Assembly (NCBI GenBank): GCA_030141605.1
Contig: JAQGDQ010000334.1
Coordinates: 194,841-258,840, forward strand
Length of the DNA: 64,000 nt
Direction: 5' to 3'
Origin: Tubiluchus corallicola
Taxonomy: Eukaryota > Animalia > Priapulida
The notes under the pieces are model-generated. The model was not told the origin of the DNA. It worked only from the letters and a program-made list of their open reading frames with translations, and made no database searches. Below, one piece after another: positions 1 through 14,120 of the stretch. Position 1 is the first letter of the stretch; every line of letters begins with the position of its first letter. The translations under genes were made by a program, and so were the position numbers.

Positions 1-3000
1 CGACTAGCTAACGGCAGCCCTTATGATGATGCTATTGAGAACTGCCGTTAGGTCGTCGAAACAGTGAGTTTATTTGTTAATAAATCACCTTGTGAACTCT
101 CTTAACTATTTCAGAGTCATCAAATGCAACGTACGGTGATAACAGTGTCTTTTTGAAAATTTAGAGTTATTGATAACGAGCTGATAGATTGCAACGTGAT
201 CGACAATTATTGTTACTACTTAAAATTGCTGTGCAGTATCATCATCTGCCAGCACAGCAGCAAGCAGAATTAAAATTCTGAACTTCAAAATAGCCATTTC
301 GTTTTTGCCTCGAATAGTTTTTGCTTAAAGTTTTCAATTAGTGCCGAGACAAATTACATCACTTGATTCGTCTCTTCCGATAATACACGTTTCTCATTAG
401 CAGTTTCTGCATGATCACGTAGAGAAGAAGGTAAATAATCATGTGAGAAACGACGCAACTGTTCATTGATAAGTAAATCTACGTCATTTATTGTCGAAGA
501 CACGGCCGTCTACAGCTTGATTTGTATGATTAATCGCTTCTGTCGTGCTATCTGACCTTGCTGGTCAACCTCCATTACGAGAATCAGCGTTCTGGCTTAA
601 ATGCATTTAATTATAGAACTATGACTGCAACTGAAACAAGTTTGCTTTGGATGCACAGTAACAAACGAGCTGCTGTGTGAAATTCACGACACAGAATCTT
701 AAGACGGCATTCCCACATTACAAGAAAAGTTTTTATGTTAGTTCCACACTTTTGGCCTAGGTTGTAGTTGTCAGCGTTTCTATAAACTATATTCACCTTA
801 ATCATGCAAAGTAGGCTTACCGCTTTCTAGCGTACGTATCCATGTGTACGTAGATAATGTATCTAAAATGCATACTTGTGCTTTTTTGTACGTCTGCACA
901 GACATATACATATCTATGCATGTACATATGTTTCTGAGTATATTCAGAAATATGTAGGTAAATATGTTTTAGGGATGTTTAACTTGAAAAAATTACGATT
1001 AGGCGCCTAATACGGTTAAGCTCTATCTTTTTGCACAAAATTTGTCTATACTGTATTGTGTGTAAGAGAGTTCTTGCCTTTACGTTCCGAAATTTATTTT
1101 CGAAATCTGTCATGTTTGTCAGTTTAAATTTCAAAGTCCCCGAGAGACGGAATGTCCTGTGTGAATAAAAATTCGTATTGCAAATACATTTGATTTTGAC
1201 ACACAAAATGTTTTCCTTTCTGGAGGCGTAGGAAGCTGGACTCCACGTGCGGTGGCCCTGCGTCATTACTTAACTAAATTACTGAAAATTACCTGGCTAG
1301 CGACTACTGAAGCCTTACATGTCTCGCTTGTTTCCAGGGCTTCTTCAGAGTTAACACGCAATTATTCAATTAGAGTCCCAATGCAAGTGGGGGTATTAAA
1401 ATTTATAAGGGAACGCATAGGAGACGAGAGTACTAAGTTTACTGTGGGGGGGGGGAGATATAGTGAACAATCAAGTGTTGGACGTTTGAATGCCGGCGAT
1501 GTTTGAAGAGATACAGGTGTTTAAAAGGCGTATAATGCAGGTAAAACAAAAAAGTTGAAACTCAGTAAATGTATGGAACATGTTTGTTGCTAGCTTCAAA
1601 AACGATATAGACTAATTTTTCTGATCAACATTCATAGTGCAAATTTACCAAGCACATATATGGTTTTAGAATAGTTGGTCGATCTTGGAAGCATCTTTCT
1701 GCAAACTATTTCTTTACCCATGTTGCTTATTTCGCTAAAAGTAAAAGAAGTTCATCGACTTTAAAACCTACCCATTATGATGCACAGTTTACCATTTGTT
1801 AATACATCTAAAACTATAGTGCGCCAGCTGTCTTACTAGTTTACTTCGTCGTCACTGTAAAGTCTAGACTGACAGGTCTGCCTATACTAGTATAACTAAT
1901 TCATGGGGCTACGTTAAATACATGAAGCCAAGATTGTACAGAGGTAAGATACTACGAAACAGTTCCATAACGCTGCTTAAAAAGGCTTAAATTTCCCAGT
2001 GGATGTCTAATGTCAACAGATAATATGCAGACAAAAACCTCTTCCACACTCGTGCTTGGAGATGAGAACTTGTGAAATGGGTTCAGTTTTTTCGTGAAGA
2101 TGACATTTACATTTAGAGCGCCATGTTTTCCGTAAGAAATTACAATACAAGGTAAGTCGCAATATTAAAAACTGATTAAAACTTGTTATATATGAAGAAC
2201 AACAAGAAGAAAGATGAAAACGACAACAACATCAACCGCCACGCGAAACAGACTTATTTATAGAGTTACGACGCAAACGAGTAATCCAGTTTCCTTCAAG
2301 ACAACAAGTTTATTTTTGTGTAACTTATGTGTATTATATACAATGTACAGTAACCGATATCAATGAACATTGGAATCATTAAGTTCATGGGTTCTACTAT
2401 TTAGTTAGCTGATACATTAATCTGCTAATCGTTATGAAGTGGAAATTATAATAACGGTCGGTCCATTTTCCTAATTCCTACTTATAGTATTGATTAGATC
2501 AGATTAATGAATGCGACGTAATTGCTACAAAAAGCAGAAAATGCGTGACAATAAGCAGTTAGTATACATTACCCTGATGACAGAACACTGACATTACTTT
2601 AGTGTCGGTTAACGTTTCGTAGAAGTGCTGATGTTGTCTGTTAAACGAGCGACGGTAAATAAATCTTGTCTTTGTCTTTATCTTTTTTGACAAGTCTGGT
2701 ACGTTATAATTATACAAAATTAATAAATAAGTTACGTTTAGAAATTCCTGATCTCGTGAACAAATGTAACTTTCTAAAAATTATAATTAGCATTACTTCC
2801 AAAGGCTAATATAAGCTTGAAATACAGCAGAAATCACACAATATTGTTCCGGGGTTCGACCCGGTAGATAGCCCAACGGGCCGCCATCGGTGATGCGGGT
2901 AAGCGCTGCATAACGGACACTCCAGAAATTTTAAAAAAGAAACAACAAATCCAAAACTTAGAAATCCAAAGGGACGGCTGAGAAGAACAACACAAATAGA

Positions 3001-4014
3001 AAAAAAACAAAACCTGATGACAATGCTTCAAACCTTACGCAATCCAAGACACTCGGTAGGCAGACCGGAGAAGTGCATTCCACCACAAAAAGCAGACAAC
3101 TGACCATGTCACGTGTTCGTGCTTTCAACAGGAAACCACTGCTCAACCAATCGCAGGTACTGTTATGGGCTTCCTAGTTTAAAGTGGAGGTCATAACATT
3201 ACCTGTAGGCTGGTTGACCTGGTGCCTATGAATAGAACTGTACAATGCACTTTCACCTGTTCAGCTCAACATTATGTGTAAAAGTACATTGGTACATTGT
3301 ACATAGATAAGCTTTCTTTTGTGTTGGCGTACGTAGGTGCGTTCTTTTATATAACTATTTCAACAAATTCAAACTTCACTAACAGTGGTTAAATTAGTGA
3401 AATTAACCAGTGACCATCAGAGGTAGAAATATGGTTATGACTATTAGACTGAGTAGACTTAGTTTCTTCTCGCGCTTATAGCATTTCTAATAAGTTAATT
3501 GTGTCAGGACCTGAGTCTTGAGAAATACTGCTTTTGACGTTTAACTTGAAGATGATTTCTTAGTTTGTAGAACGATCAGCAATTTTTTGAAGAAAAAGCT
3601 AAACAAATTTGCTTTCAATACACGAATGTTATGTATCATCAAATTCCTTGTTCCAAAGTACCCCAAATGTGAATCAGTAATACTAGTAGAAGCTCCCTGA
3701 GAATAATAATTAATTCTTCAGGCTATACAAACATAACAAACTACGTCTTAATAAACTTCTGATCAAGTAAATATTAACCTGTCGTTTTATTGCGTGTTTT
3801 AATAACAAAACTTCTTTCGTTCATAATTTTGAGATCAAACCACCTACAGAATTGTGCACTGACGGAATTCTCTTTATGATCTGCGCATTATTGTAGTCTT
3901 TTTTATTTGTTATGTAAATTTATAACATTAATGTAAATGCTCATCAATTTATAATCATAATTCGTAGTATTAAAGAGAATGACGAGAGACAGAAAGCGAG
4001 ATTTGAGACGAGAG

Positions 4015-4296
<282 letters not shown>

Positions 4297-4331
4297 ATAG
4301 TATTGTATTTCTGCAATAGTTTTGTGCTTAC

Positions 4332-4460
4332 CAGCTGTGCATACTTTGATGTCCTCGTCATATCCATCAGGACAGTCAGGTGAACCATCACAGATGTATT
4401 GCAATGGTAAACAGACATCAGCAAAACCAGGACAACTAAATGGTTTGATGGGTGGACAAC
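4332..4460 (-). CDS. Prohormone-4 precursor, LDL-receptor class A domain exon
   Basis: tttcag|...|gtaag, phase 1/1, in frame with the 27910 donor. Translates (G)CPPIKPFSCPGFADVCLPLQYICDGSPDCPDGYDEDIKVCTA: six Cys, close to the prohormone-4 motif PFKCPG..C.SIQYLCDGAPDC.DGYDED..CTA. The following C-terminal exon was not found in 1-4331. Confidence 0.9.
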
Positions 4461-4597
4461 CTGAAATTCACAAAAACTAGATTATTGTGATCTCATTTTT
4501 TGAGATTTGAGGATGCAAAATATCTGGCTGTCTGTTATCATGGGCTGAAATTTAGAAATCAACTGTTGAATTTAGAAGGAGGAAGGCTCTGAAAATT

Positions 4598-4680
4598 ATG
4601 AGTCAGCCAGGATTCGAACCCAGATTACTGTGGCATCAGTCTACATTGGGTAAACATCGTCTTACACAACAGCTGACTGA
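4598..4680 (-). mobile_element. tRNA-derived SINE head, second copy
   Basis: agtcagccaggattcgaaccc..actgtgg matches agtcaaccaggattcgaaccg..attgtgg at ~25618. Confidence 0.5.
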
Positions 4681-6044
4681 TTTCTATTTATGAATGTTTA
4701 TTTCTCTAGAGTATCATTAAATAGTGGCAAGAGCCATCCATGAATGCTTTCCTAGAAGCATATTAATATTTTTTAAACTGAATTCTAATTTCTTATTCAG
4801 TGTAGTTTAGACATTTGAAGAAGATTTATCTGTAATAAATATTATAGTTAAATCGTATTTAACTTATGGGTTTAAGGACAGCTTTTCATTATGATTAATT
4901 CAACCATAACATTCTTAACAATCACGCTAAATGCAATCAGTTATAATGAGTAATTTGAAGCTGTTCCACACATGAAATGAAATTAAAAATGCAAATTAGT
5001 GAGTAAAACGTTTCATTTGTCGACGTTTTTAGGAAGTCATTTTTACCTTTAAGAGAATGGGTCTAATTGTGATACCAATTCAAAGACAGAGGCAGCGTTA
5101 ATTATTTATAAGCTTGATGTGAATATGGAACAACCCCATAATTAATTTAGTTTCGAGAAAACTTTGAAATCAGGAAGTGATAAAAACAGAAAACAGACTG
5201 GATTTATAGTTTTGAACAAAGAACCTTCTCTTTTAAGGCAGACGCTGTAACCGCAAGACGACCATGTCGTCGGTGTTCATGGCAACCCAAAGTTCATGCT
5301 TTACAGCTGGCCAAGCAGTTCAGCTTTTCTATTGATAATTCGCTCATTCCACAGTGATTTAACTAGTTAGATTAACTGATTAATTAAAAAAACCACAACT
5401 GTAGTGCCAGCCATACACCGTATATCAATCAGTGAAACAGTTTATAAATCCATCATTAATTTAGATCAGTAGCTGAATGGATATATGATACCTGACCTTA
5501 TAAAGTGAAATAGCTTCTTCGCTGATTAGCCTACATCTTGCGTCACAATGTTTTGTTGAAACGTCTGTAATCTCACCATTAGTGGATTATATCGATTACC
5601 TCACCTGAGCCTGGTGAGGTGTCACAAATAAATTAGTAAACAATGTTTATTATGAACGCGCGCGTTAATCAACGTCGCTGGTGTAAAATTGATGGTCAAA
5701 ATAGCAGCTGATGCTGTTCAAAATTTCTTTGCGAAGCTAGTTTTTCAAAAAAAATTGTGAAAACATGGACTCTATTTCGAAATTAAATTCGAATTTTGTG
5801 ATTTTACCATAGCGGTGCGGACAAATTTACCCACATTTTTTTAAATAATGAATCAAAGCGATACAGTGGCGCATAAGAAGTTCGTAAAAAGCGGACGCTC
5901 TTCAACGATTTTACGATCATTTTTATTCTCCTGAATGTTCGCTGTCTTAAGAAAGACAAATTTAAAAATATGTACAAAAGAAATAACATGATGACAGCAG
6001 CTGATGGTATAATTTTTTGTTTTTGCAATGACTGTCACGCAGGC

Positions 6045-6262
6045 AGCAATATGATGGACGTGATAATATTAGTGGGAATGAAGATGGTGAAGGTGATGAT
6101 GATGAGGAGGCTGTTGTTGTTGTTATTATTGTTTTTGTTGCTTTCGTTGTCGTTATTATTGTCAGTGTTGGTGTTGTTGTCCTTGTCATCTTTGTCACTG
6201 TTGTTGCCAGTGTTGGCGGCAGAAGCGATGGTAGTAGCAGATGATGATGATGATGATTATGA
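6045..6262. repeat. Degenerate (GTT)/(GAT) trinucleotide low-complexity tract
   Basis: Directly visible; explains the spurious ORFs at 5962-6269. Confidence 0.85.
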
Positions 6263-8169
6263 CGTTTAAGAGCACTAAAATATATTGTTATTAAAGTACA
6301 CAGATGTCAATGTTCTTAGCTATAGCATGAAACTTGTCTGACAACTCCTGCTTGGTATGACAGTGTTTGCATGTTACAATGAAATCAGAGAGGAAATTAC
6401 CACCGACTTTACGCTTCCTTCTCTTATTATTGCCCAGGATAAAACGCGAGCTCGCAAGTCGTTCAGCTTCCTAATCACGCTCTAAACTAAATCCACCGGG
6501 ATCTGAAAATGTATAGAATCCTCTCTATGGTTTACTTGTGTATAGACTCTGCACATCTTTTCTGTTCTTTTCTTAGTCTATAGTTTTTCTTCATATAGCT
6601 TTTACTAAAAGTTTGAAAAGGATTTAAGAAATAGTTTCTTTAAAAACTTTGTCGTCAATGCATTTCTTATTTTTACTTAGTGCTATTAGGATGGCCAGCA
6701 TGGATTATGCAACAATGCGTGAAGGCCACCTATGCGCATTCGGAAAGCTTTATGGATCACGGAGCGATCAAGTAGGCCTATGGAGATCTGTTAGAAGTAC
6801 AGTATTAATTAGGGTCTGTTCACAGTCATGCTAAACGAAAAATGAAATCTGTTCACAAGATCTATTGAGAAAAGTTTATTGTTTCTCAGCTACCAACCAA
6901 AAATAAAGAAACGACGGCATGGAAAGACAAATGCAAAAATTAAAACAACCAAACAAAAAATCAAACAAACAAATAAAACGTACATACAAACAAATAAATG
7001 ACTTATCACCTCAAATGAGTTATATCACACCAGTCCTGCCAAATTTACTTGTTGGGTCCAAAGATATTTTTGCAGTTGTACGCAATTCAAAAGTACTTAC
7101 AAATCACTGAAAATTAACCTAAATTCTTTAGGTTCAATTGCATAGAATTCAATCATTTTTAGTTTGTTGCTAAGTATAGTAAGCCTTTGCCATTCTGTAT
7201 AGTAAGGCTTTGCCATTCTTACCCGAATGGGCCAATTATACAGGAATTTATACTGCGCTAAGCAAATAGTAATTTACACGTTACATATTACCATATGGCC
7301 AAATGAATGACAGTTGGGTCTGTCATAGTTTTAATATTGTTTGATACGACGGCAATGTTTGATTGGCGTTTTAGTTGCACTATCTGAATGAACAGCATCC
7401 AGAATCGATGAATTCCTGTTTAAAAGGTAAATGGACAGCTATTGACTCGTTCAGTGTTATTGCTTTAACATTGAACTTTCAAACTAACCATATTGGCCCA
7501 TACAAATACGTGAGAAAAAGTGATGTTAAAAGCGTTCGTCTAAAAATAGTTTGCGTTCTATCACATAAATGGAAAGGTTTTTAACACATAGAATCACTAA
7601 TTAACAAGTCAAGTAGCATGTCAAAACAGTCAGTGTCCTATGAAAACTCGTCGGGGAGTACCGCCAGATTTTGATAAGATCAATGAAGTGCTTATAACTA
7701 GCAGAGTTATTCGGTTTCTTCGAATTTGTTCCTAATACTATAAAATTATGGCCAAATTAACCAATTTACAATATTAACTTTAATTTTTGATGCTATTCAC
7801 AGTATTGTTCGTAATTCCCATGCATATAATGTATTATGTCTTGTTGACGGAGAACAGAAGCTGTATGTTATTATAAAGTTGAGTAATGCAAAAACTTTGC
7901 ACGTTGAAGCACCTATTATTATCAACGCTATTAAGTGGATCTATAAATCATATAACTCTGGGACAAAAGCTCCAAAGAAAGCAGCAGAACAGTTGATGAT
8001 AATTTATGGTTCAGCATTACGCATGGACTGATGGATGGATTGTTTGGTTTCACTACACACAATAGATATTGAAAACAGCTATATTTCCTATAAAGGTCCC
8101 ACGCGTACAGTTAGTAGAACTAGGACAATATAGTTCTACGAAAATACATCAGCAGCAATTTAATGCAAA

Positions 8170-10561
8170 ATCTGCCTGCCCTTGGGCGGATACAGAACTC
8201 GCAAAACTAAGACACAATAAAAATGAATTATATAGAACATATTTACATTTAAAAGGTAAAATCAATTACAATTATTACAAAAAGGCACGAAATAAATTTA
8301 ATAGCTACAACAGGAAACTCAAAAATAAATATTATATTAATAAATGCAATGATGCAACTACACCTAAACAAAAATGGCGTTTAATTAATGACGTACTTAA
8401 CAGATACAGAAACGATCAATTACAAATAAATAGTTTACGAGAAAATGACAGTATAATATCTGATCCAGTTGACATTGCTAACAAATTAAATTCCACATTT
8501 ATCAATCTCGGAAAATTTGACAACTTGCCACACCAACATAATGCAAATATACACAATATATACAAAAACCAATCAGTAATACAATCCACTTTCTCATTTA
8601 CTAGCGTCACAGAATACGACATCTTTAGAATATTAAACAGTTTAAATATAAATAAAGGAAGTGGACCCTCAGACATGCCAATAAAGATCTTAAAAGACTG
8701 TGCCAGCATCATTACTCCTCATTTAACATATATCACAAACCAAGTCTTAATGCGCTCAGAATTTCCAGCAGTGTGTAAACAAGCAAACATAACTCCAATA
8801 CACAAGAAAGATGCTAAAGATGATGCTAAAAACTACAGACCAATCTCAGTAGTGCACGTACTAGCCAAAGTATTTGAAAGAGTTATCTACAACCAAATAA
8901 ACCATTACATTGAAAATAATAAGTTACTGTCAAATCATCAATTTGGTTTTAGAAAACTACATTCTACAATAGACGCGATAATTGATGCCACTGAAAAGTG
9001 GCGTTACAACTTAAATAAAAATAAATATATAACAGCAGCATTTTTAGATCTAAGTAAAGCTTTTGACAGCCTCGATCACAATTTACTACTAGACAACTTA
9101 CGCCAACTAGGATTCGATTATACTTCTCTCAAACTAATTAATAATTACCTACACAATAGAAAACAAAGAGTCAAACTGAACAAACACACTTTTTCAACAT
9201 GGGACACACCACAGAGAGGCATTCCACAAGGTACGATATTAGGTCCATTACTCTTTTGTTTATACGTTAATAAAATTCATTTAGTTTTACATAATTCAGA
9301 CTTAACACAATATGCCGATGATACAACACTCTATACAGCACACGCAGACTTTCTAACATCAAAAAATAATCTAGAAAAAGACATAACAAATATAAATGCA
9401 GCATTTAACTATTTTGGTTTAAAAATGAATGATGATAAGACAGAATTTATGGTAATATCACCCAAATCCAATGACATTACTTCTAATGCAACACTAAAAG
9501 TAGGTGACTGTTCCATAGAACAAGCAAAAACTGTAAAATTTTTAGGCATTACTGTCGACAATAAACTCACTTGGGATGAACAGTTTCATCAAATACACAA
9601 CAAGATGGCATTAAGCACGACATTCTTACGCCAAACCAGAGGCCATCTAACCAAGAAAACAAAAATTCTCATCTACAAAAGTCTAATATTACCACATTAT
9701 CTATATGGTTGCACTTTATTTCAAAACGTTAAATATGAAAACTTTAGAAAACTAAATACGATGCAAAACTACGCACTTAGATTAATTCATGGCTACTCTA
9801 ACAAAACTGCTAAACAACATGCTGCTTCTGCAACAAGCTTAAGAACGTCCACAAAAATACCAATATTAGAAGCCTATCGAGATTACAAAACACTGATATT
9901 TCTTTATAAATATATAAATAAACTGAGCATTCCATTTATAAACAATCCCTTAGCATTTATTCCTGATACCACATTGAACACTAGAACATACAATTTAAAG
10001 CAAATTACAGTAAACAATAAATTTGGAAATAACTCTATATCAAAACAGGCCATACATTTATGGAACTTACTACCCAGTGAAATAAAACAAATAGAATCTC
10101 TCCACCACTTTAAAAAGAAATTAAAAGAATATCAATATAACAGGTTTCAACTTCCACATTGTGCATCTGATACTAATTACACGGACTCCACTTTCATATA
10201 CCCCCGCCCCTGACTCCATATAATGATTAAAAATGAAATTTTTTAAAAAAAATTATGTAATGTAATACGTGTGTTATGTTAGTTTCGTGTTTCGTAATGT
10301 TAAATGTATAAATAGTGTGCACTATGTAATGTAAAATTTAATGTACTTTCCTATAATTGTTTGTGAAAATATTTTAATATGGTATTTGTAAATATGTTCA
10401 TTATATTGTATATAGTTTGCACTTTAGTTTTTTTAGTATGCACTGGACGCATTTGTCTTGAACAGTGTTGTTATTTTAACATTACGCTGAGGCTAACTCA
10501 ATTTTATTATAATGAGGGAACCGTTTTTATGACAAATAAAGAATTAATATATATATATATA
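8170..10561 (+). mobile_element. 5'-truncated non-LTR retrotransposon (CR1/L2/Crack-like group) with uninterrupted RT ORF
   Basis: ORF 8069-10213 carries PW, NYRPIS, QFGFR, FLDLSKAFD, GIPQGTILGPLLF, YADD and KFLG motifs but no endonuclease domain. 3'UTR has AATAAA at 10535-10540 and a (TA)n tail. The 5' boundary is approximate. Confidence 0.93.
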
Positions 10562-11804
10562 AAACTATAAGTACCTAAAATAAAAACAGTTCATATCAGT
10601 ACTAATCAACATAGGCATCCAAAACGAGTGTGTTAGACATAATAGTAATTTTAGAATTTTTAAAGTAACTACATGTTACAGAGTCCCATACGCTTAAATT
10701 AATAGCTCATTCAATAAGTAATTTGGCTTCAGTTAAAATGGTGGCACGACACAAAACAAGTTTTAGCAGTATACCAATAAACATACACATCTAAACATCT
10801 TCAAGGAAGCCGGTTCATATTTTAGTTAAAATAAAAACCAAGACTAGTTTGCTTTCAAAATGTAGAATTTTACTCCAAATGATAAACAGAAATGTTACTG
10901 ATAAGGTACAACACGAACATAGCTTTATTAAACGCTATGCTTAAATTGTAACTTAAATTGTACCTGAACTCATACAATGTTTCACTTTTTGGAACGTTCA
11001 TCTTACAAAAGTTGTCTAAGTGTGACGCTAATTTTGTGTAACTGAGCATGGCACGGTGATGAAATGCTGTCCACCGGTAGTTGTTGACACTAAAAGGGTG
11101 TTGAATTTTTTGTATGAAATTAGCGATATTGTTGGTATTCTGTAAAATTTTGAAAGTCATTTCTAAGTTTGAAGTTGGAAGCCATTATCCTTAAGTGTAC
11201 GATGCAAAAGACCTAGTGATTTATAAAGCTCTCCCTGCCTACAATTGATTTGCCCAAACAATGCCAGATATCTTACGAAGAACATACTGGTAAAATGAGT
11301 TAACCACTTTTCTGCACTTTGTTATGTAAAAAACAGTCTGGACGTTGTATTGTCTGCTGATCTTTGGCGACTGATCAAAAGCCCGCTGATTTAAAAATGA
11401 CACACGAAACTGTAGGTTGCCTCGAATTATCCCAATTGTTTAATTCGCTGTAAGTTGTCTGCGATAACTGTTTTCTCTTTGCGAAGTACATTCATGGTCT
11501 ATTCTTTAAATTCAGTCCAACTGACGTATTGCACATTATCCCGTATAGCGCATAATTAAAAACTGTGATACAATATTACCTGCATTTTGATTGTCCGAAA
11601 TGAATGGTATAGAAGATGGATTTTTAATTTTTTTAATCTATAGCACCAGCGAATTATCTAATGCATAAAAACAGTGTTTTGGCTCACATGAGCAGAAAGA
11701 CCGAAAAATAAATCATGTAGAACTTTTAAGTTTGACCTCTGAAAATTATTGATATAAATATTTCAACGCAAAGCACAATACATCTCACATGATTTTCTGT
11801 TGAC

Positions 11805-11930
11805 ATTTGCCTGGTGGTCCTTTGTCTTTTTAGGCGAATCTTTGTTCGGTGGCCTTTTGTCCGGTGGTATATTGTCCGAGGCGATCCTTTGACCGGCCGT
11901 CCTTTGTCTGGTTGTCTTTTGACCGTCCCC
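11805..11930. repeat. Degenerate ~15-bp tandem repeat (cctttgtccggtgg-like)
   Basis: Recurrent tttgtcc/tttgacc units; probably the subterminal array of a DNA element. Confidence 0.6.
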
Positions 11931-11981
11931 CATATATATATGCAGTCTTGTTATAATGTGGCCACGTTTAAGAAACATGTG

Positions 11982-12227
11982 CTCATAATCATAAAGAAGG
12001 CAAAGTGCTCATTAGGTCTCGATTTTTTTATTTTTACAGAAGCTATCGTCCTTCACTGACGTGTGTGGCCTAGATCTTGAAAGACCTTGAACGTCATACA
12101 AGTAGATTTCAGGATGAAGCCGCGAAGGACGAAACCTTCTGTGAAAAATAAAAAAGACTTATTGAGCACTTCGACTTCTTTATGATTATGATCATGGCAA
12201 TCATCAGAAGAGCACTATCTTATTTTC
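11982..12227. mobile_element. Long inverted-repeat (hairpin) element, copy 1
   Basis: Arms tcataatcataaagaag...aagtgctca... and ...tgagcactt..cttctttatgattatga; flanked by direct aaacatgtg (11973-11981, 12228-12236); homologous to 52564-52805. Confidence 0.7.
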
Positions 12228-14120
12228 AAACATGTGAGCATATTTAACTTATCTGTGTTCTTAATTTGGTATGTCATGAGTCTACTAAAAGTTCTTATTG
12301 ATTTTTATTGACTGCATCAAATCAACCATGATTTTCTGTCCATTTAACAATAGCACAATGATGACGACAGCGGCGGTCGGATGACGACAAAGAGGACAAA
12401 GACAAATTGATGTTCCTAGTAAACTGCTTGTGTATTTTATCTGTTTGATTATTTCTGACCATCGAGGCGGAGATGAACATGTAACGACTGTTGCTAACGT
12501 GTTTAATATTGAAGAATACCTTTGTTAGCATTTACTGTGGTAGTATGTAATGGGAAAAGCAGATATTATGAGAAACTCCGAAGCGTTGTCCCTATCAAGA
12601 TTACTGAAATGCTTGGTTTTCATGCGTTTTTCACAGAAGTCACTTGTCATTATTGTTTGTAAAGTAGCTGATGTTACACAGTGAACTTAGAGAATGTATA
12701 CTTAAGTCATGTAGTTTATATAGTGTAGTTAGTATCTGACTAAATCTAAAGATCCACTAATAAAGGTATCATCAAAACAGAAAAGTATCATCACTTATTT
12801 GTGTTTATATAATAACTTGTGTGTTGATTTAAATAAAAAATAAACAAATAAATAAATATGACAAAATAAAAGGTAACTTATTTTTGAGATTTTAAATGTG
12901 ATTTATCTCACGCGTATAGCTTTATCCGCCAGCAGCCGATTCTAAAAGACCCATACGCTGATTTCATTTTATTCCAGCATTTGGTATGATTAAACTACAC
13001 TGAACCAATAAGAGTCAAGTAACGAACACGGTTTTAGTAGCGGATTTGGTTCTGCATTTATTTATCTTGTTAAAAATCGACAGTGTTATCCAACACAATG
13101 TTTTATTTTTCGCATTGTGTTTAGCGACGTTTAACTGTGTCTTGATTACACGCATGACAGCTTCTTCTACACTCAGACTTTATAAAATGTTTTGCTGAAT
13201 GGCAGGCTGTTACTGCTCATTTATTTGAAAGAGAGGCATAACAGTTCGTTTGCGCTGACAATTTGTTCTTTATTTGTGCACAAACATTCTCAGTAATTAT
13301 GTTTATCGACAAAAACTGTTGCACATGTTAGGCAAGTCTTTTGCGCAATTCCTAACACTTATACAGCTGCTGTAAATAAACTAAATCTAGTGAACTATCC
13401 TCCCAATTTACTAATGCCTCACAGAAGTTCTTTACTGGGTAAACAGTCTGAGACTAGAAGAGAGCGCTCTTTGGCGGCCATCTTGAAAAACGTTTTTAGC
13501 GGATATTCTGGAACAGACTGTTTTATAAAATCTTCATATCAACATGAAGTTTTAAAATAAAAGGTAATGTAAAATGTGTTATTTATATTAAATGCGTGTA
13601 GACACGTGAGAACTGTGTAGAAAATTTGCAGTTTAATTTACATGTTTTTAGAAACAAATAACTGACGACAATTGAATAATAAATATGAACGATAATTGGG
13701 AAATAGCTTTGTGGTAACGATTTTTCCTTGTGACGTGAAAGGATAATTGATCTGATTACTACATGGATGTGTGACCAACCAGAAACTGCTTCTGGGTTGT
13801 TTGCGATAACAGATCACAAATCTTATTAAAACTAGATTAGATGCTATGGATTTAAGAAGATTTTTACTTTTTGATAGGCGCTTATAAAGAGGTAACTGTA
13901 TCTCACCCCCCCCCACATCACTTACTTTACAATTTTTTGTATGTAAGTTTGTCTTCAGTCATTTTATGTGATGTTCAAATAATTAAGACAAAATAAATGA
14001 AAACAAAATACGACTCGACTTTTTCTTTCGTTGAAGCGTATACACATAAAAACATTTCCAAGGCACCTCTGTTGATTCAGTAACTCATCTTCAAGACTAA
14101 TCTAGAATGAGTTCATGTGT

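Noticed and set aside
8069-10213. Retron, group II intron or DGR-type reverse transcriptase system
   Set aside because: The motifs, 3'UTR/polyA signal and microsatellite tail are those of an ordinary animal non-LTR retrotransposon.
12108-12140. Hammerhead-like caggatgaagccgcgaaggacgaaac
   Set aside because: The CUGANGA core is broken and is not conserved in the homologous copy at ~52.7 kb.
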